Shown here in pieces: positions 55,700-64,000 of a DNA stretch of 64,000 bases. A program made the translations under genes and the position numbers. The DNA comes from Octopus vulgaris (taxonomy: Eukaryota), in assembly GCA_951406725.2 (NCBI GenBank), contig OX597819.1:63860001-63924000 (forward strand), given 5' to 3'. Position 1 is the first letter of the stretch. Every line of letters starts with the position of its first letter. The notes beneath the pieces are model-generated. The model ran no database searches, had not been told where the DNA came from, and saw nothing but the letters and a program-made list of their open reading frames with translations.

Positions 55700-55986
55700 T
55701 CACGTGACCGACAAGGCTATCTGATGCTGCTATGCATCGCTGGTCACAATGCGATTCGCATTGTTTTAGCCTTCAAATTACGCCACCCCGCTGGCTAAGC
55801 GAGCAGGCCAACAGAAGAAAGAGTGAAAGTTGTGGCGAAAGTGTACAGCAGGGATCGCCACCCCTACCTCCCTTGCGGAGCCTCGTGGAGCTTTAGGTGT
55901 TTTTCGCTCAATAAACACTCACAACGCCCGCTCCGGAATGCTACGACCGCGAGTCCGCTGCCCTAACCACTGGGTCATTACGCCTC

Positions 55987-55988
<2 letters not shown>
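55700..55988 (-). mobile_element. SINE family C, tail type 2
   Basis: Head and core match 10110-10268. The 3' part is unrelated to the tail at 42455-42580. Confidence 0.8.
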
Positions 55989-56022
<34 letters not shown>

Positions 56023-56710
56023 AGGATTATTTAAACATTCACGTTTGTTGTTAGCAACAAAGAAAGAGAAGACTAAGCGTGAAAGAGAACGAAAAGAAAG
56101 AAACAAGTATTGAGAGAAGAAAATACAAGAGTGCATTGCTATTATTTGATCTCCCAATGATTATTATCCTCCATTTTATAATCGTTAGTTTGATTGGTGT
56201 TATAAATGACATATGAATTCTTCGTGTGCCTCCTAGGTTCGCTCAGTTACTCTTGCTCTTTCTTTCACTGTATTTATTAGTTTTAAACTTTATCGCTCAC
56301 CTTATCTACACCACCTTTTCTCTTATCAATAAAAGTTTCATTATCATTCCTCGTATTTATATTTTTATTGATATGTAGATCGCTAGTATTATTTATTCGT
56401 TTTATGATTTCTACTGTCTTAAGTATATTCTGAATTTCGCCGTTAACCATATAATATTTTTTTTCTGTATCACCAGCTGCAGTTAAATCTAAATTGTAGT
56501 ATTTTTCAGTTTGTTTAAATATCTTTTATTTACGATAATTTTAGAGATTCTTAGGGAGACACAATCCGTCCTATAGAATTTGTAATTGGCTTTATATGAT
56601 TAATTTCTCGAAATATGTACCCGAAGTTCTCATTTGCGTGTGGTACAGCATGTGCTCGGGTCCAAACGAACATCTAGACATAATATACTATAATTTTCCT
56701 CCAGAGAAAT

Positions 56711-56915
56711 AGCTGACAGAATTGTCATTCCGGGCGAAATGTTTAGCGGCATTTCGGTTGCCTTTACATTCTGATTTCAAATTCTGCCGAGGTCGACTTT
56801 GCCTTTTATTCTTTCGGGGTCGATAAAATAAGTACCAGTTGAGTACTGGGGTCGATCTAATCAACTATCTCCCTACCCCAATTTTCAGGCCTTGTGTCTA
56901 TAGTAGAAAGGATTA
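56711..56915 (+). mobile_element. SINE family A
   Basis: ccgggcgaaatg..gaggtcgactttgcc..ttcggggtcgataaaataagtaccag. Confidence 0.85.
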
Positions 56916-57493
56916 TCATTATTATGTACCCAACATTATTTTCATTCTAATTACAATTGTTTAATTTCGTAAAAGGTTTTGCAATTAGATTGCATAATTA
57001 TTTGAAATTATTTTTTATTACTTTTTAATTTGCTGTCTCATTTATTTTTAATCTTAATTTATCTTAACTAGATTTTAATTCTAAACATTTATTCTTTAAT
57101 TAAAGATAATTTTTGAATTAAATATATAGCGTAGCAAATAACATATAGGTTATTCTCATTAACTCCTCCTGTTTTCAACCGATTGTCAAAATTTAGAATA
57201 ATTCCCGAGAAAATGATATTTCCATCATGACCAAAATAATTATTTCTTTATTTGTATCCCATCTCTCAATTTGAATTAATATTTAATAATTCAAATGTGG
57301 CAGGTATTTTACGATACACCGTCCCATGGGTGGGATTGTTGAAGCTAAGTAAAATAAGTACAAAATTATAAGTTAAGCATGGTCTAATAAATCATATTCG
57401 TGCATCTATTGAAATATCGTGTTTACACTATGTTGTGGTTCGATGATGCTACTTTTACTTCTGTCTCCTTAAATTGTTATCCATACCCAGGGG

Positions 57494-57531
<38 letters not shown>

Positions 57532-57731
57532 ACAAAACAGTTACACTCAATGATTCTTCTATCTCTATCTAAAATTCTAATAGGATACTAAAGGCGATAA
57601 GAGGTTTGATTCGCAAAAACATATGCTCAGTCCTATTTCATGGAACCTCGGGCGAGTTTCTTCAAGTGTAGGCAGGAGCTAACCAAGTCGTTATAAATGG
57701 ATTTGGCAGACGGAAATAGAAAGACGCCCAT

Positions 57732-57767
<36 letters not shown>

Positions 57768-57770
57768 AAC

Positions 57771-57820
<50 letters not shown>

Positions 57821-58395
57821 CATACATACATACATACATACATACATACACACACAAGATCCTGAGAGACCAGCACAATGTGGATATAGTTGTTTTAAAA
57901 TCAAAACCGGATCTCTTCCTGTCTTGAGTCCCAGATGGACCTACGTCACGGCAGGTGGTGCAACTGAGGGTGGGACATCAAACTCTCTTATTCACCAAAT
58001 GCTACATATTAAATGAGGCTCTCAATGATAACAGTGTAGCGAAACGGTCGTGCCCCAGCATGGCCACAGCTTTGAACTGAACCTCATGAAAAAAAGCCAA
58101 ATAAATAATAGAGAATAAAACTGTTTAAAAAATTGCATCAGTGACCAACAAATAAAAAGAAAACCGATTAAGGTGAAATCATATGTATAATTATAAAAAG
58201 GGCTTATATATATATATACATATGCGCGTGTGTGTATACAAAGAAAATCGAACATACGCATTCGTGGGTTGGTGCGGATTTTTAGGCGTAAGAAAATGCA
58301 TTCTCTATACGGCTGTTGTAAAATAGGCAAACAGCTGAATGTAAACTCATTGTCAAGAGAGACAACTCGTAAATATATATATACATTTATATATG

Positions 58396-58446
<51 letters not shown>

Positions 58447-58465
58447 ATTTATATACATGCATGCG

Positions 58466-58518
<53 letters not shown>

Positions 58519-58942
58519 GAGAATGATAAGCAGATACGCAGATAGATAGATATATGGTCAAGTACATTGTAGTTGGCAAGAGTCATAGTTGTGTATGCAC
58601 ACGTATTACCGAGCATATATATGCACTGCACAATAGTTCGTCTTGAAAAATGACGGGAAAGAAATCTTTATTGTTCGTATAGATATACATATATACAGAG
58701 CAGATTCAGAGTGTTTGAGTTTGTATACATAGTTTTACGTGTCTTCGTACAGTTACATCAAACATTTATCTCATGGTTGTATATTTCTTTAAATTTATCT
58801 TTCTCTTTGTGTGTTTTTATTTTATGTTCTCTACAAAGTATCTTTCACAATTGTAATGGAAATCTAAAAAATAAATGAATATGTGTATATATATGCAAAC
58901 ATGCATACATACATACGTACGAGCCTGCATATATACTTATAT

Positions 58943-59019
<77 letters not shown>

Positions 59020-59026
59020 TATATAC

Positions 59027-59065
<39 letters not shown>

Positions 59066-59187
59066 TGTATATATATATATATATGTGTGTGTATATATTC
59101 ATATATATATATATATGTATAAAATATATATATGAATATATATCTTATGAAGATATATGCATATATATATATAAAACAGATACACAC

Positions 59188-59220
<33 letters not shown>

Positions 59221-59679
59221 CATATATGTGTGTGGTGCGTGTGTGTCTTTGTCTGTTTGTATGTAGGTATGTATAAAATATCTTCAAAAGGAATCAATTA
59301 ATTATGCCCCTAAGACATTTACAAACATCAAACGTCAATGTGAATTAGTTTAGAAGAAAGAAAAACGTAATCATCCTGTTTCAAAACAACTTTTATATAA
59401 TATAGTAAATATATTTCAGCTACAATTCTTGATGTTTATGCATTTTTTTTTATTCAGTGGTGTAAATGTAACTATTACCGAGTATCCTTTTAATTAATGT
59501 ACGAATTTCGTTTTTTCAAATGTGTTGTTTTGAGAAAATATCACCTGCTTTACTTGATCCAAAGTTAACATATTGGTTCGTCAAGATATGCATTCATTTC
59601 TGATCGTAAGTCAAAAATTTTGTTTTATTGTAATACTGCAGCATATGCTTCAATAAGAAGTACATGCATATATAAATAA

Positions 59680-59736
<57 letters not shown>

Positions 59737-59807
59737 CCGGAGTAAACACATAAATGTTAAACAAGGTGGAAAAAAGAGTACTCAAATACCAGTGGTAGAG
59801 TAATATG

Positions 59808-59914
59808 CTTTATTTAAAGCAGCAGAAAATTCAACAAAACCTGTTACTCTGACGAACGGAAACGGGACACTCAGAGTAACAGGTTTTGTTGAATTTTCTG
59901 CTGCTTTAAATAAA

Positions 59915-59915
<1 letters not shown>
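59808..59915. repeat. Perfect 45-bp inverted repeat with 18-nt spacer, in a Penelope-like fragment (~59737-59915)
   Basis: 59808-59852 is the exact reverse complement of 59871-59915. The spacer region reads CTGACGA-ACG-GAAA-CGG-GACA-CTCAGAG-TA. Confidence 0.95.
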
Positions 59916-59994
<79 letters not shown>

Positions 59995-60216
59995 ATTTGT
60001 TTCTGTGTATGTTTAAAGTATACAATATATATATATATTTTGCATACTTTATATATTCATAGGTGCACTCTAACCTTTTGGTGCAGTATTATCTCATGCA
60101 TATACAAATATACATATACATAAATGTATGTATGTATGTATGTATGTATGCATGTATGTATGTATGTATGTATGTATGTATCTATCTATCTATCTATATA
60201 TCTACCTATCTATCTA

Positions 60217-60249
<33 letters not shown>

Positions 60250-60453
60250 ATTTATGGATTTATGTATATGTATATATGTATATGCATAAATTCATTTTGC
60301 ACCAAAATTATGCTATATGATTCTTTAGGTATAAAGGCGTTATAATCAAGCAACTGCACCATGCACAAATGCAACAGGAATACAATTAAGCATGTGTATT
60401 ATACGTTCATACATACGTACATTAATATATTCATACATATGTGCCTACATACA

Positions 60454-60505
<52 letters not shown>

Positions 60506-61146
60506 TATAGTTATATAGTTATACCCACACGCATATACATTCGTTGAGAAAGAAAGTCTAGTCGCACTTCTGATATATCCACTTCAGGGGATAATGTTTC
60601 AATATCTACAGCGAAAATAAACATTAATTCTTAAATTTATATATTTCTATGCGGAATTCGTTGAAGATAAGCATTTGAAATTGAATTTTTTATTTTAAAA
60701 AAACCGTTTTAGGTTAATGCATTCTCCATGAATCCGTTACCTAAAAAAGTATTTGAAGCTTTAAATGTTTTGACATGTCAAACATGTTTTGGTCAGTTTT
60801 GCTCGGGAGATTCTTTTCTTGCAGATTTTCCTCAATCTTGGCGACGGGAGCATGCTATTATTCAATCTCTGTAAATTGTAGCTAAGGAAAATACTATGAA
60901 AATTTCAGGCGAGTAAGCAAAATAATTGAATTCAAATAACTCTTCGATTATAAAACACATTCTTATTCTAGGAAGTGTGTCTAAATCCGTCATTGGTTCT
61001 CTTGTCATCTGACCACTCCTCAACTTAATCAAAAAGTTGATCTTGCTCCTTATTGAGTAGTAGATTTTTTATTGTACATTTCTTGGGCAGAAATGTGATG
61101 ATAAGTGTTTTTCTATAACGATAACCGATGCAAACGTCGATATATA

Positions 61147-62305
61147 TAGACGTGACAGAGGTAAAAAGACACACTTATAATCATTAAAATTTATTTAAAT
61201 TTGAAATTACGTATTGAAATTATTTATTAAGTGTGATGATGTGAATATTTAATATTTAGTAGACATGCACTTTGTATTTTTCAATGCAAGGACCTTATTA
61301 ATCTTGTTAATGATCAGATAACGAATATTCTCTTGCGGAATATCTTGCCAAGTTTCACGCAGTAATCTCAAAAGATATGGCTTTGAAGATGCTTTCTTGT
61401 GCTTTTTATGAAGTGCCTTTTCCATTACGTCCCGAAGGTGTTCAATAGGGTTCATATCTGGTCACTGTCATGGCCATGGAAGCTTTTTAATGACATTCTC
61501 ATTCGACAAATTTTTGGTCATTTTAGCCATGTTACAAGGAGGCCAATTTACCATAAATAAAGTGTCTTATTTAATCATTTCACCACTGGAGACGACAAAT
61601 GTTTATTTGAGTTTATATTTCTCTCACACTCCACAAACACTGATTAAGCATTGCTCCAAATTGCTCCCCAGACCATCACAGAATAGCTGTTGTGTTTCAT
61701 TGTTGGCTGCAATCTTTTCAATCAGATTCTTGATCACAGAGACTCCAGACTATCACTCCATTAATCAGAGAATACGCTAGTGGCTTCTCAACAATCATAC
61801 TGGCTCAATACTTCCTCCGCTTGATGTCGACTGGTCGAAGTGGTTTCCTTCTTGCTGCTCTGTAATCAGGTTTCTGGAGACACCTCACAGCTGTTCTGGT
61901 ACTGACATCAATTTGTTCTGCTATGTCAGAGGTTTTACAACGAGGATTATCCTCCGTACTTCTCTTAGCAAGGAGAAGGATTCTCTCAGGGGGATCTGGT
62001 TGGTCTATATGAGGTAATGTGGACTCGTTTTCCTCTTTGGTGAATTGCACAATCACCCTATATACTGTAGAAAGCGGGATCCCAAGATTTTCTGCGATTT
62101 TAGGTTGACTATGTCCACCTTCAGAATATGGCCGCTTTGAAATTCAGACAGTTTCAAGGCCTCATTTTTACATGACATGACTAAATGGTGACATGGACAA
62201 AATGAAACATAAAAATGTCAATTAATAAAAAATATAAATCTTTACAAGTTAGAATAAACACAAAACGATATTTTATGGGGTGTCTATTTACTTCTGTGAT
62301 GTCTG
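61147..62305 (-). mobile_element. Decayed Tc1-like transposon
   Basis: TIRs (T/C)AGAC.T.ACAGA.GTAAA. Minus-strand peptides YRAARRKPL and PDMNPIEHLRD..ETWQDIP..STKY (DDE C-terminus). Confidence 0.88.
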
Positions 62306-62421
62306 TGCGTGTATATCTATCTATCTATCTATCTAACTATCTATCTATATATATTATATATATATATAGATATATGTATATATATATATAGATATATGTA
62401 TATATATATATAGATATATAG

Positions 62422-62454
<33 letters not shown>

Positions 62455-62458
62455 TATG

Positions 62459-62528
<70 letters not shown>

Positions 62529-62538
62529 CATATATATA

Positions 62539-63413
62539 CAGGGTGTGTTGAATATATTGTCGTCTAAATTGGACAAAAGTAAACATACCACTGACATCTC
62601 ATTTTAACAGATGTAATTACGAAAATTACATGAAAATATTTTGAAATAGTAAAGAGTGAATTTATTCAATAAAATCGCCATTGGCAGCTACCACCGTCTC
62701 CAGACGACTTCGAAATCTCCTGTAGCTTTTCTGGCCTTTTCCTTCTATAGGTTGGTGAATGCTGCCATAATCCTTGCCTTCAAGTCCTTTTTGGTGTTAC
62801 AGGGAGTTTTGTTGATCTCTCGCTTAGCTGTGCACCCCACACAAAATAATCAATGGGGTTGGAGTCTTGGGAGTTAGGTATCCAGATGTTAGGGTTGAGT
62901 GATCGCAGAAATTGTCTGGCAGCTATGACAGGGTTCTTTTGCGTGACATTGTGCAGAGTCCTGATTCCAGACATAGTGTCTTCCAGCAGCCACCGACTTG
63001 ACCGACCCAGGGCAGCACTACCTACTCGCGGTATTTGATGTAGTCCTCCGTGTTGAATCTGAGACCACCTGGAAATATATATGGAGGATAACCACGCTAT
63101 CACTAATGTTCATTCGCAAAACAATATTAACTGGATGTTTGATTTATATAACTCACGGTAAATGTTTTGGGAACACGGCAAGCCAAACGTTGTTCTGTAT
63201 GTTCACTATTCCATCGTATTGGAGCATCTGGCACAAATGCCGAGCAGAACAGTATTTCGTTTCCGCGAGTGATATGTGTCATGGTGCTGTTTCTCTCACG
63301 GACGGTGCTCATCTGACCCTACTATATTGTGTAGTCGACTAAATCTTAAACAAGCAATGCAGATGCGGGAAATAAAAAATATAATATGGCGACAATTTAC
63401 CCATCGAACGCTG
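62539..63413 (-). mobile_element. Internally deleted Tc1/mariner (maT-like) element, second copy
   Basis: TIR CAGGGTGTGTTGAATATATTGTCGTC / GGCGACAATTTACCCATCGAACGCTG. Peptide NIWIPNSQDSNPIDYFVW. Confidence 0.82.
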
Positions 63414-63455
63414 TGTAAGTATATGTGTGTATATATATTTAATCGGATGTACCTT

Positions 63456-63506
<51 letters not shown>

Positions 63507-64000
63507 CACACATATTAAATTTACATCTAATATAGGATAAAAGTTTTCGAAAAATTTTCTATCAATGGCCAGCATTATAAAAAATACCTTTAAAGGTAAG
63601 ATTTATAAACGGCTTATAAACAAAGGCAAAAGAAAAGAAACTATAATGCCAAATATGCCGAAAATAGACAAATAACCATGTAAATTATCACTCTAAGCAC
63701 GCGTCATTCACACACACACACCCATATACACACACACATATATAAAGAAGGTACATCTTTTTTCCCTCTAATTCAATTATAATCATGTCACATGAATGTA
63801 AATTTAATGTACAAATTCGTAATTAAATCTTTGAGTATTAATACAAATAGCTGCAAGGAGCAAGAATGACCAATTTGTCGTTAATAAACATTCATTAACT
63901 TTTTTCTTTTGGTTTTTTCAATTGATATAAACTATATGACTTATATACAGCTATTATTTGAAGGGAATTTCATTCCTCCAAAATACTAGGTGTTCAATAA

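Overview
AT-rich, microsatellite-dense eukaryotic non-coding DNA, either intronic or intergenic. The SINE families and repeat landscape look like an octopus/coleoid cephalopod genome (inference, not database-checked). I can support no intact host protein-coding exon; the ORF track is microsatellite read-through or transposon debris. The window holds three tRNA-derived SINE families, several decayed mariner/Tc1 elements, a Tigger-like MITE, three Helitron-like non-autonomous elements and Tx1/L1, RTE-like and R4/Dong-like retrotransposon fragments. It also has a (TAA)n-targeted insertion nest with a 1.05 kb tandem duplication and a 139-bp tandem array with hairpins. The most interesting signal is a set of small, ORF-less, Penelope-like elements sitting in (TA)n tracts that carry type I minimal hammerhead ribozyme motifs: one apparently intact at 39998-40060, one near-intact at 3455-3526, and several decayed copies. 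All alignments, translations and folds were done by eye, so boundaries are approximate unless termini are quoted.
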